From the NCBI RefSeq assembly GCF_036971445.1, contig NC_091476.1:172980001-173044000 (forward strand): a stretch of 64,000 nucleotides of DNA, written 5' to 3'. The notes under the pieces were generated by a model. That model did not search any database. It worked only from the letters and a program-made list of their open reading frames with translations, and was not told the DNA's origin. Positions 11,798-22,538 of the stretch are shown piece after piece. The translations under genes were made by a program, and so were the position numbers. Within the stretch, counting starts at the first letter, position 1. Every line of letters starts with the position of its first letter. This DNA is from Narcine bancroftii. Its lineage: Eukaryota.

Positions 11798-11973
11798 CTG
11801 CAAGTAATGAGGAAAAGTTGAAGAATTTCACCAGTGAGAAGCATAAAGCAAGTTCAAGAATTAACTGCATTTGTAATATAATCATATCCACAGGCAGGTT
11901 CCACAGTTGTGTAATCCAATAGAACAAAGTCTATGATCAACCAAAAATAAAATACAAATCATCCTATTCTTAC

Positions 11974-12088
11974 ATCAGTGAAAGGGTTCAAATCTTTGTT
12001 CAGATCATCTGACCGCTTAAAAACCAATGTAACAGGTCCTGGCAGGAGATCTCTCAGTACTTGGTCAGAAACAGTAACCTTACAGTAC
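11974..12088 (-). CDS. YRDC: YRDC coding exon 3 (YCKVTVSDQVLRDLLPGPVTLVFKRSDDLNKDLNPFTD)
   Basis: PGPVT motif. ttgcAG acceptor, GTAAGA donor. 115 nt, phase consistent. Confidence 0.97.
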
Positions 12089-12702
12089 CTGCAAAAATCA
12101 AAAGAAAGTCCTCAATATACAAAACAATGCAAATAATAACAGATGTTAAGAACCATTTATTGACAATAATTTTTTGCACATTATGAAAATTATTAGAGAT
12201 CTCAGCAAGTCAGCTTTTTTAGAGAACAAAGATCCCTTTGTCACCTCTTCTAATTTCTCCTTTCCAAGGGCTTTGCCACAATCACCTTAACTTATACAGT
12301 AACTGTATAGTCTGCATATTTCCTGGCATATTCTAATACCATTAACCTTTAGTTGAGAAATTTGACCCAACTTCCCTTCTTGCCTCATTTACCAGTGTCA
12401 CCCCCATTGGTTCTTCCAACCTCATTCTAAGCTTATCTGTTTTCATCTTACAAAACTCTCAGAAAACTTTAACTAGCACTAGCTTTGTTCTGAAAGAGCC
12501 AGCCCTTCCTCACCTCACCCTAGGAAACTAAAAGAACTTTTTTTTTAAAAAATGCAGATATTAAGGAGGAGCTTGTAGTGACACATACCCAAAAACAATG
12601 AAATATCACAATCAATAAAGTCTGCAGAAGTTGGAAAACTGGAGCAACACACAAAATGCTGGAGGAATAATGAAGTTTGGATTCTTCTGTACTTGCACTC
12701 AC

Positions 12703-12898
12703 TTATAAATAGCTTCAACATTTCCAACAGAGATAGCTAAAGGTTTGTCCGCAGTCCGTCCTTTAATTTCATAAATTCTTTGAATAGCTTCAGAATTCTG
12801 TGCCAGGCAGGTAATTCCGTAGATGGTGTCCGTTGGAACTGCTACTACCTGACCATGCTGGAGAACGTTAACAGTTTCCATTAAGACCTCATTCCAAT
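12703..12898 (-). CDS. YRDC: YRDC coding exon 2 (DWNEVLMETV...VVAVPTDTIYG...KGRTADKPLAI...IYK)
   Basis: Sua5/YrdC motifs PTDTxYG and KxRxxxKPL. Acceptor ccAG at 12899-12900; donor GTGAGT at 12702. Confidence 0.97.
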
Positions 12899-13399
12899 CT
12901 GGGTAAAGAGAATAGTTGTGTATTAAGCTGTGGGTACACCTCAAATTTTACCTGAGCAAGAACTCAGATCAATATTGAAACGAACTTCACTGAACAGTGA
13001 CATTCGGGAAACTTCAGCATATTGAAAAGAAAATCAATACCATGGCCAATCAGTCCAATTAAATTTGTTATTCCAATTTTTGCAGATTGAATGTCAAAAT
13101 TGGTTCCAAAAGCCTCTGAAATCTACATCTCTATTCCCAACCAAACAAGTAATCCTTGATAGTCTCACTATATGATCACAGTCAAAGTTAGAACACTTTT
13201 TGCAGAAATTTCTACTCGCAGATGAAATTCTTTGCCAAGTTAAAAGAGCTAAAATAATAAAAATTGAAAATTATTTCATTTGAAAAATGTTCCATTACCT
13301 TAAGTTTTAATGAAATAAATTCAACTTTTCCTCCATGTTGGTTGAAAACTAGCAAAGGATTTTCACCTCAAAAAACCTCTTCTTTAGTTACAATGCTAT

Positions 13400-14110
13400 A
13401 TTGTGCCCTCCATACTTTTTTTTTTCCTTTATTTGCCCCTGTGCTCCACAGTTTTAAATTTGTAATCAAACAATGCACATGTAATTAAAGTGCTCATGCC
13501 AGATTTCATTCAAGATTTGTATTCATTCTGGTTTGACAATGTCGAACTTATAGCACTTTTTCTACATAGTCCCTTCATTTCAGGACACCATAATGTTTGG
13601 GACATTTGGCTTCACAGGTGTTTGTGATGTTATGTTTAATTGTTTCATTGGTGCAACTCAAAGCTTCTAAGCTTTTGATCACCTTTGGGGTCTGTATTTG
13701 CTATTTTTCTACATGAGGACCAGTGTCATGCCAATGGAAGTCAAATAAGCCATTATGAGGCCGAAAAACAAGAATAAAACAGTTATAGAGATCGCCCAAA
13801 GATTAGGATTACCAACATCAACTGTTTGGAACATCATCAAGATGTAAGAGTGTACTGATGAGCTCAGAGATCACAAAGGGACTGGTATTCCACGGTAGAC
13901 CTCCATTCTGCTGATGACAGAATTCTAATCATAATGAAGAAAAATCCCCAAATGCCTGTCCAACAGATCAAAAACACTCTTCAAGAGGCAAGTATGGCTT
14001 TTATACAGTATACCTGCACCAATGAAACAAACATCGCTGAGTAATCGCAAATACCTGTGAAGCCAAGTATCCCAAACATTTTATTGCGCTCTGAAATTAG
14101 GGGACTATGT
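13400..14110 (+). mobile_element. Degenerate Tc1 transposon (internal deletion)
   Basis: TIR with internal CATAATGTTTGGGACA repeat and its inverse near 14065. HTH-like remnant MPMEVK.AIMR...STVWNIIK...IMKKNP. Confidence 0.75.
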
Positions 14111-17089
14111 AAGTGAACAAAGGTTGAGAACCACTGTCCCCCAATATACACTAACCATTAAGAATGCTTTGATATGGCTTTGGAAGGAAAAATATCAGTT
14201 GGTAATAAATAAGTCTTTATCATCATCTAACAATATCTAACAAACTTGTATTGACTTGGAGACAGTGCTGGAAAGGTTCATTGGATTTATTAAACGGATA
14301 AAGGGGTGATGTCCTCATTAGAAGTCATGTTGAATAAAACTTGCCAAACTAAATTGACAGAGAAGCTATTGAGTCAAACAAATTTTTAAACAGAGTATGA
14401 AAGAGCAGATGACACAAAACTCATTCCTCTGTATGAAGAGTTTAAACAATAGAAAACAGTTTCCTGATAAGGGTTTTTTTTAAATGTGGCATTGTAAATC
14501 TTTGGAATTCCTCTCCCAGAAAATTCATGGATGCTTCATTGTAGTGTATATTCAAACTAAGATTTTTAGACATGAGAGGAGAATCCTAGGACTTGTGCAT
14601 TGGGCAGAAAATTGGATGTAATGTAGAATGAACCATCAGTTTATTGGATGGAAGAAAAGGCATCAGTGAGACACTGCCTCAAGGATCCCCATCATCCTGG
14701 TCACAATCTCTTCTTGCTGCTGCCCTCAAACAGAAGGTACAGAAGCCTGAAGTCCAGCACCTCTAAAAGGCTATTGAACCTCTTTGTAATACCCTTCCCA
14801 TAAACTACTCTGGGACTACCAAAGCTCTATTAAACATTACTGCAACTGCAAATATTTATCTATCCTTTTATATTTGTCATCTCTTTTCCTATCTTGGCAT
14901 ATTGGGATGATTCTATTGTTGCTATTGTATCTTGTATGCCTGTGTGACTGCAGCAAGTCAGAATGTTGATGCATCTGAAGATTGTATAGGTCAATAATCT
15001 CTCATCATCAAAGCTTGTGAGAGCCATTTGGACTGTAGCAGCTAGACTACTCCTGCTTCCATCCAAAAAAAAGACCAACACAGAATCTGGGACCTGCTGC
15101 CTATGTCGATCTTTGAAAGCCTTCAGGTCCAGGGAAGAATAAATGTCCCATCAGCCTTCTCCAAAACTTCTCAGTTGAAGATCACATAGAGGGGGGAAGG
15201 GAACTGTATTAAAAATGTCTGCTATCACTAATTCAGAGATTAACCATTTGTATATAATCAGATTCAATGAGGGTTGATTGCTCAACAATCTGCTAAAGAA
15301 ATAACAACGTTAAGCACTGGAGCGCAATAGTCCACAGACTTCTGAAGTTTCCTGTCCTGCTCCTCCTTAACTTTCATGGCTCAGGTCTACTTCTTGCCTG
15401 TCTTCACTGCAGATAATGATACTTGGCTTTAAGATGATCACCCAAGATAATTAATAATTTCCAAATTCATCTTGGCTATTCACCAATAGGTTTTCATCCA
15501 GGCAGTATCCTGCCCAGGGGCCCGAGTGCGAATTTCTCAGGATTAAATGTAACTGAATGGTGACCCAGATTTCAGTATCACTGGTTAATGTGGTTTCAGA
15601 CATATCAGAAAATGGGGACTGGGGGAAACAGGAATACCCAGTGAAGTTCCACTCAACACAAGAATGATCAAGCTCCTGGCATGGGAGATAAGTAGGCCTA
15701 AGTACTGGGATTCAGGAGCAGGAAAGGAAACTTCAGTGGGCTGTTGATTGTTACAATCCAGTGTGATCCATTAATCACATCAAAATTCTAATACATTCAA
15801 TCTGGATTTCTCTGCAACACATCCTAAATTATTTTAGATTTAAAAAACAATCCAAAATCTAATATGATAAAATGATCAACCCCTTTTGTTAAAATGTGGA
15901 TCAGCAAATTATGCCCACAGATTCAAGCCGTGAAAATAGATTAAAGGAGGAGGATGGGGGAGAAAAGTAAACAGAACTCCTATTCCTTTCTGTCAAGAAT
16001 CATCCTTCTCCTTTAACTCCCAATAACTCATCATACCTCTGACCTTCTCCCTTCCCAAGCTCTCATTCACATTCTGACATTGTTCCTGCCCAACAACAAA
16101 GGGAAAAAAAAGAAGGCAGCTATTATGCCTCAATTCTTCCCTCGATCACACAGCACTAGCCATGTTTCCACCTCTCATTGTGGAGCTTTGTCCTCCTTTC
16201 AGTTCAGACCTAGGGAATAACTTCAGACCTGACAAACTTCAAACCAAACACCCTTAATGCACAAGTTTGCTTTGCTCAATTGATATACAGAGTCCTGCTC
16301 ATCAAGCATAGATATCTAGAACAAAGTGTGCCCCCAAACACAGTTCAACGCTGCCACTTATAGATCAGTTGGTACACTTGTGTATTTTGGACAACACCCA
16401 ATGATTATGGGTTCACAGTTACCTCATGAAGAGGGCATGAGCACCTCAGCCTTGATCAGTTCGGTGGGCAGTAATCAGGTCTGCGTTGTCAAGTCTTTTA
16501 CGGCAAATGTACTCATAATTTGCAACCATTACGCACTTACTAAAGTTCGTTAAGCCATTGAACAGGTTCTCTGCAGCCATTGTACAACTCACAACCGTGA
16601 TGCACCTAATAAAAGTTGATAATAGGTACTTTAGTCATCCTGACTGGTGAATGATTATCATGGCTCTTTTGCTGGTGTGTGCGCTTTAACACAATTCCTG
16701 AGCATCACAAGCCACTTAACAGGAAAGTTCAATGGTTCTTGTATGAATTGCCTACCTTTAAGGTGGTAAATGGACTGCACCTTAAAATAGGAGATCGTTT
16801 TAATTTCTAGAGTCATGGAGTCATTCAGCACAGAAACAGACTCTTAAAGCCATCAATTCATCCCAAATTCAACCACTCATGAGCACACTAACAGTCATTT
16901 CCAATGCCCGATTAACCTACACCCACGCTCATTTGTGCAGCCATGGAAATCAGAGCACCTGGAGGAAACTCATGCAGCCAGAGAGAATAGGCAAACTTCA
17001 CACTGGCAGTACTGGAGGTCAAGATCAAATTCAAGTTGCTGGAGCTGTGAGACCACAGCGCTACGAGGAGCATCATTGTGCTGTCCATA

Positions 17090-17520
17090 AGACCGGCGAC
17101 ATAGAAGCAGGAATAGGCTATTCAGCCCGTCAAGTCTGCCCACCATTTGATCTCGGTCTAAATCCGCTGCCTCACCTTATCCCCATAGGCTAATCAAGAA
17201 CCTATCAATCTGCTTTAAATGCACCCAATGACTTGGCCTCCACAACCATCTATTGCAACAAATTCACCACGCTCGGGACAAAGAAATTCCTCCATATCTC
17301 TAGCCTAAGTGAGACCTTTCAATCCTGAATTTGTGTCCTCTTGTGCTAGATTCTCCCACCATAGGAAACAACATTTCTACATCTACTCTGTCCATGCCTT
17401 TCAACATTTGAGATGTTTCAAGGAGACACCCACCCCCCCACCTCATTCTCCTTAATTCCAACAAGTACAGGCCAAGAGCTGTTAAATGTTCTTCATGCGA
17501 TAACCCTCTAATTTCTGGAA
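17090..17520 (-). mobile_element. CR1 LINE 3' fragment
   Basis: GLSHEEHLTALGLYLLELRR...VDVEMLFPMVGESSTRGHKFRI. Confidence 0.8.
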
Positions 17521-17653
17521 TTGTCAGAACAAAAGAGTTATCAGACAAACCCTCTCTCCCACCCCCCACCCCCTTCATTGGATGCCCCATTCCCAATGCT
17601 CCCCACTCAAACTACTTTCACCAGTAACACCATAACTCGTGTTCCATTTCAAT

Positions 17654-17975
17654 AGCCCCATTTCCACTGGCACCCTGTCCCCGTTAATTCCTGGGACACG
17701 GTCCAGTGGAAAAGGAACACTGATCGTACGCTGGAGTCAAATGACATCATTTCACGCTGGGGATTAACCACCTCTACCCCTACTCATATCCCCAGTTTTT
17801 GCTGGCCCCGAGCGTGCTGATTAAACCAGTGGAAAAGGGACAGCAGAAATTCACCCATTTCCAGTTGAAGGTAGATCCCTGGGGATGAGTGTGTTCAGTG
17901 GAAACTGCACAAAGGGCTCCCTACTCCGGGGCAGTGGACAGCCAATGAACTGGGATGCCAGTGGAAAAAGGGGTG
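17654..17975. mobile_element. PIF/Harbinger-like MITE, copy A
   Basis: TIRs AGCCCCATTTCCACTGG / CCAGTGGAAAAAGGGG, with internal CAGTGGAAA repeats. Confidence 0.7.
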
Positions 17976-18136
17976 ATTGACTCTAGACAAGTCCATCGTA
18001 GAAGGAATCCAACACCATTATGAAAAGCTGCTTTACTACACTGATTCCCTTCCATAGCTCAGGGAAGGGGGGCGGGGGGAACACATGGGTGGATCCGGGG
18101 GGGGGGGGGGGGAGACAGGGGTGGACACGGGGAGAT

Positions 18137-20620
18137 CCGGGGGGGACGCGGGCGGGTCCCCGGGGGGGGGTGGCGGGGGGGACGCGGGCGGGTCCCCGGG
18201 GGGGGGTGGCGGGGGGGGCGCGGGCGGGTCCCCGGGGGGCGGGGGGACGCGGGCGGGTCCCCGGGGGGCGGGGGGGACGCGGGCGGGTCCCCGGGGGGCG
18301 GGGGGGACGCGGCGCGGGTCCCCGGGGGGCGGGGGGGACGCGGGCGGGTCCCCGGGGGGGGGTGGCGGGGGGGACGCGGGCGGGTCTCAAGCTCGGGGAA
18401 GGCGTGGGGGGGTAGGAAGGGGGCCGGGGGTAAGGGGCGGGGGGGACGCGGGCGGGTCCCCGGGGGGCGGGGGGACGCGGGCGGGTCCCCGGGGGGCGGG
18501 GGGACGCGGGCGGGTCCCCGGGGGGCGGGGGGGGACGCGGGCGGGTCCCCGGGGGGCGGGGGGGACGCGGGCGGGTCCCCGGGGGGGGGTGGCGGGGGGG
18601 GACGCGGGCGGGTCCCCGGGGGGCGGGGGGACGCGGGCGGGTCCCGGGGGGCGGGGGGACGCGGGCGGGTCCCCGGGGGGCGGGGGGGACGCGGGCGGGT
18701 CCCCGGGAGGGGGGGCGGGGGGGGACGCGGGCGGGTCCCCGGGGGGTGGGGGGACGCGGGCGGGTCCCCGGGGGGCGGGGGGGACGCGGGGCGGGTCCCC
18801 GGGGGGGGTGGCAGGGGGGACGCGGGCGGGTCCCCGGGGGGGGGTGGCGGGGGGGACGCGGGCGGGTCCCCGGGGGGGGGGTGGCGGGGGGGACGCGGGC
18901 GGGTCCCCGGGGGGCGGGGGGACGCGGGCGGGTCCCCGGGGTGCGGGGGGGACGCCGGCGGGTCCCCGGGGGGGGGGGACGCCGGCGGGTCCCCGGGGGG
19001 CGGGGGGGGACGCGGGCGGGTCCCCGGGGGGCGGGGGGGGACGCGGGCGGGTCCCCGGGGGGCGGGGGGGACGCGGGCGGGTCCCCGGGGGGCGGGGGGA
19101 CGCGGGCGGGTCCCCGGGGGGCGGGGGGGGACGCGGGCGGGTCCCCGGGGGGCGGGGGGGACGCGGGCGGGTCCCCGGGGGGCGGGGGGGACGCGGGCGG
19201 GTCCCCGGGGGGCGGGGGGGACGCGGGCGGGTCCCCGGGGGGCGGGGGGACGCGGGCGGGTCCCCGGGGGGCGGGGGGGACGCAGGCGGGTCCCCGGGGG
19301 GCGGGGGGACGCGGGCGGGTCCCCGGGGGGCGGGGGGGACGCGGGCGGGTCCCCGGGGGGGCGGGGGGGACGCGGGCGGGTCCCCGGGGGGGGGTTGGCG
19401 GGGGGGACGCGGGCGGGTCCCCGGGGGGCGGGGGGACGCGGGCGGGTCCCCGGGGGGCGGGGGGGACGCGGGCGGGTCCCCGGGGGGCGGGGGGGACGCG
19501 GGCGGGTCCCCGGGGGGCGGGGGGGACGCGGGCGGGTCCCCGGGGGGCGGGGGGGACGCGGGCGGGTCCCCGGGGGGCGGGGGGGACGCGGGCGGGTCCC
19601 CGGGGGGCGGGGGGGACGCGGGCGGGTCCCCGGGGGGCGGGGGGGACGCGGGCGGGTCCCCGGGGGGCGGGGGGGACGCGGGCGGGTCCCCGGGGGGCGG
19701 GGGGGACGCGGGCGGGTCCCCGGGGGGCGGGGGGGACGCGGGCGGGTCCCCGGGGGGCGGGGGGGGACGCGGGCGGGTCCCCGGGGGGCGGGGGGGACGC
19801 GGGCGGGTCCCCGGGGGGCGGGGGGACGCGGGCGGGTCCCCGGGGGGCGGGGGGGACGCGGGCGGGTCCCCGGGGGGGCGGGGGGGGACGCGGGCGGGTC
19901 CCCGGGGGGCGGGGGGGGACGCGGGCGGGTCCCCGGGGGGCGGGGGGACGCGGGGCGGGTCCCCGGGGGGCGGGGGGGACGCGGGCGGGTCCCCGGGGGG
20001 CGGGGGGACGCGGGCGGGTCCCCGGGGGGCGGGGGGGACGCAGGCGGGTCCCCGGGGGGCGGGGGGGACGCGGGCGGGTCCCCGGGGGGCGGGGGGGACG
20101 CGGGCGGGTCCCCGGGGGGCGGGGGGGACGCGGGCGGGTCCCCGGGGGGGGGTGGCGGGGGGGGACGCGGGCGGGTCCCCGGGGGGCGGGGGGACGCGGG
20201 CGGGTCCCCGGGGGGCGGGGGGGACGCGGGCGGGTCCCCGGGGGGCGGGGGGGACGCGGGCGGGTCCCCGGGGGGCGGGGGGGACGCGGGCGGGTCCCCG
20301 GGGGGCGGGGGGACGCGGGCGGGTCCCCGGGGGGCGGGGGGGACGCGGGCGGGTCCCCGGGGGGCGGGGGGGACGCGGGCGGGTCCCCCGGGGGGCGGGG
20401 GGACGCGGGCGGGTCCCCGGGGGGCGGGGGGGACGCGGGCGGGTCCCCGGGGGGCGGGGGGGACGCGGGCGGGTCCCCGGGGGGCGGGGGGGGACGCGGG
20501 CGGGTCCCCGGGGGGCGGGGGGACGCGGGCGGGTCCCCGGGGGGCGGGGGGGACGCGGGCGGGTCCCCGGGGGGCGGGGGGGGACGCGGGCGGGTCCCCG
20601 GGGGGACGCGGGCGGGTCCG
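18137..20620. repeat. GC-rich ~30-bp minisatellite (GGGGGGCGGGGGGGACGCGGGCGGGTCCCC)n in YRDC intron 1
   Basis: Directly visible. G-run lengths vary; one interruption at ~18387-18435. Confidence 0.98.
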
Positions 20621-20960
20621 CATCATCGGCCGCCCCCGGAACCCGTTCGACCACAGGCCGGGCCCCCGGTCCTCCCGGCCCCGCCTCACCTTGGACTCCA
20701 GGCCGAAGGCCGAGTCCGGGCCGCAGCCGCAGCCGCCTCGGGCCCCCCGGGTTCCTCATCGCCCGCGCGAGCGCGAGCGCGCGCAACGTCCCCATGGCGA
20801 CCCCGGGCTCCCGCTGATTGACAGGTCGGTGCGGGCGCGCGCGCGCTCCTCGCCACTTCCGCGTCCAGCCGCGGGCGGGGGGTGGGTCTGCGGCCACTCT
20901 CTTCCCGGGATAGTTCCTTGCACCAAAGTAGCAGGTCACGTGAGAAACTAATGCCAATGT
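20600..20960. promoter_or_regulatory. CpG island / bidirectional promoter of YRDC and C1orf122
   Basis: CpG-dense. TGATTGACAG (PBX-PREP decamer) at 20815-20824, GCGCGC run (NRF1-like), CCACTTCCG (ETS/GABP) at ~20853-20861, GTCACGTG E-box at ~20936. Head-to-head gene arrangement. Confidence 0.75.
20690..20795 (-). CDS. YRDC: YRDC coding exon 1 (Arg-rich N-terminal extension, MGTLRALALARAMRNPGGPRRLRLRPGLGLRPGVQ)
   Basis: GCC-ATG-G start inside a CpG island. Donor AAG|GTGAGG at 20689. The phase-1 end G joins AT of the next exon to give D-W-N-E in frame. Confidence 0.8.
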
Positions 20961-21061
20961 CATTCAAATCCAAACTTTCCAAAGGCATCTGCAGAGAGTC
21001 AAATAAGTGACAATAATAGCAGATCGTGGACCTTGGTCATAACACACAGTGATGCCATGAT

Positions 21062-21196
21062 NNNNNNNNNNNNNNNNNNNNNNNNNNNNNNNNNNNNNNN
21101 NNNNNNNNNNNNNNNNNNNNNNNNNNNNNNNNNNNNNNNNNNNNNNNNNNNNNNNNNNNNNNNNNNNNNNNNNNNNNNNNNNNNNNNNNNNNNNNN
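21062..21196. other. Assembly gap (135 N)
   Basis: Run of n. Confidence 1.
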
Positions 21197-21790
21197 TGGG
21201 GGTGGGAGGTGGATAGGTGGGGGTGGGGGGGGAGGTGGGGGGGGGAGGTGGGGGTGGGGGAGGTGGGAGGGGGAGGGTGGTGGGGGGGGGGGGAGGGTGG
21301 TGGTGGGGGGGGGAGGGTGGTGGTGGGGGGGGGGAGGGTGGTGGTGGGGGGGGGAGGGTGGTGGTGGGGGGGGGAGGGTGGTGGTGGGGGGGGAGGGTGG
21401 TGGTGGGGGGGGGGAGGGTGGTGGTGGGGGGGGGAGGGTGGTGGTGGGGGGGGGAGGGTGGTGGTGGGGGGGGGGAGGGTGGTGGTGGGGGGGGGAGGGT
21501 GGTGGTGGGGGGGGGAGGGTGGTGGTGGGGGGGGGAGGGTGGTGGTGGGGGGGGGAGGGTGGTGGTGGGGGGGGGAGGGGTGGTGGTGGGGGGGGGAGGG
21601 TGGTGGTGGGGGGGGGAGGGTGGTGGTGGGGGGGGGAGGGTGGTGGTGGGGGGGGGAGGGTGGTGGTGGGGGGGGAGGTGGTGGTGGGGGGGGGAGGGTG
21701 GTGGTGGGGGGGGGAGGGTGGTGGTGGGGGGGGGAGGGTGGTGGTGGGTGGGGGGGGGTGGGGGGGGGAGGGTGGTGGGGGGTGGGGTGG
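21197..21790. repeat. G-rich ~20-bp minisatellite (GGGAGGGTGGTGGTGGGGGG)n
   Basis: Directly visible; abuts the gap. Confidence 0.97.
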
Positions 21791-21949
21791 TCCAACTCCA
21801 CTTCACAGAGGGCAAACTAAAATCTGGCACCAAATCCTGGCCGAACTCAATATTTAGGGAAAATTTGCAACAACATCTGCCTGTTTTCTCTTCTTTCAAC
21901 ATCTGGAATGTTAAACTTTAAATGTTGAATAATGGTTTGGGTTAAACTC

Positions 21950-22538
21950 TTTCCAGAAGAAGCATTAACAAATGAGAAATAAAATAGTCAATCAATAATA
22001 TTTCTCTATAGCCTTTAAGCTCCTTTTAAGCCAACAAGTCAAAAAAATAACAACTTGCTTCAATGAAAATCCAATCTTTCAACGATGAACAGTCCAAAGT
22101 GAACCAAAGAAAATATGAATCCAAGCTTAGCTTGCTCCATGATGCACCTGGATCTAAACCAGATACTTGGCATCTCCTCTTAGATGCAAGTTCATCAAAC
22201 TCTGGGGTCAGAGTTTGCCTCCCACCTGTCTTGAAAGGTCCTGTTTTCTGTCTTTCGTTTGGCATTTTTCGTAAGGGGTTTATTACATGTGAGTTAGGCG
22301 ACAGGTCGCAGGTGCTAATGGAAAGTAAAGAGAGGAGGTGGGGCGATTAGCGGGCTGACGGGCCGGTGCAATGCATTTGCAAAGCATTCTGGGATTTGCA
22401 GTATTAGCTGTGCATGCGCTATACTGGCGCGGCGGCCAGCGGGCCAGCTCTAATACATATTTGATATGATCTTGTGGGCCAAATAGAATTATATCACGGG
22501 GCAAATTTGGCCCGCGGGCCTGAGTTTGACATGTGTGA
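21950..22538 (-). mobile_element. Internally deleted hAT (Charlie-like) transposon
   Basis: End CACACATGTCAAACTCAGGCCCGCGGGCC on the minus strand. Transposase C-terminus LTPEFDELASKRRCQVSG. Confidence 0.7.

Noticed and set aside
20780-20787. MRE-like TGCGCGC near the promoter, suggesting MTF1 control of its neighbours
   Set aside because: A single degenerate 7-mer in GC-rich coding sequence is expected by chance.
17983-20963. Long Pro/Gly/Arg-rich ORFs on both strands (500-910 aa)
   Set aside because: They come from a stop-free GC minisatellite with frequent frame-shifting G-run indels. Only 20690-20795 has splice support.
20964-21921. Poly-Pro / poly-Gly ORFs
   Set aside because: Translation of a G-rich repeat across an N gap.
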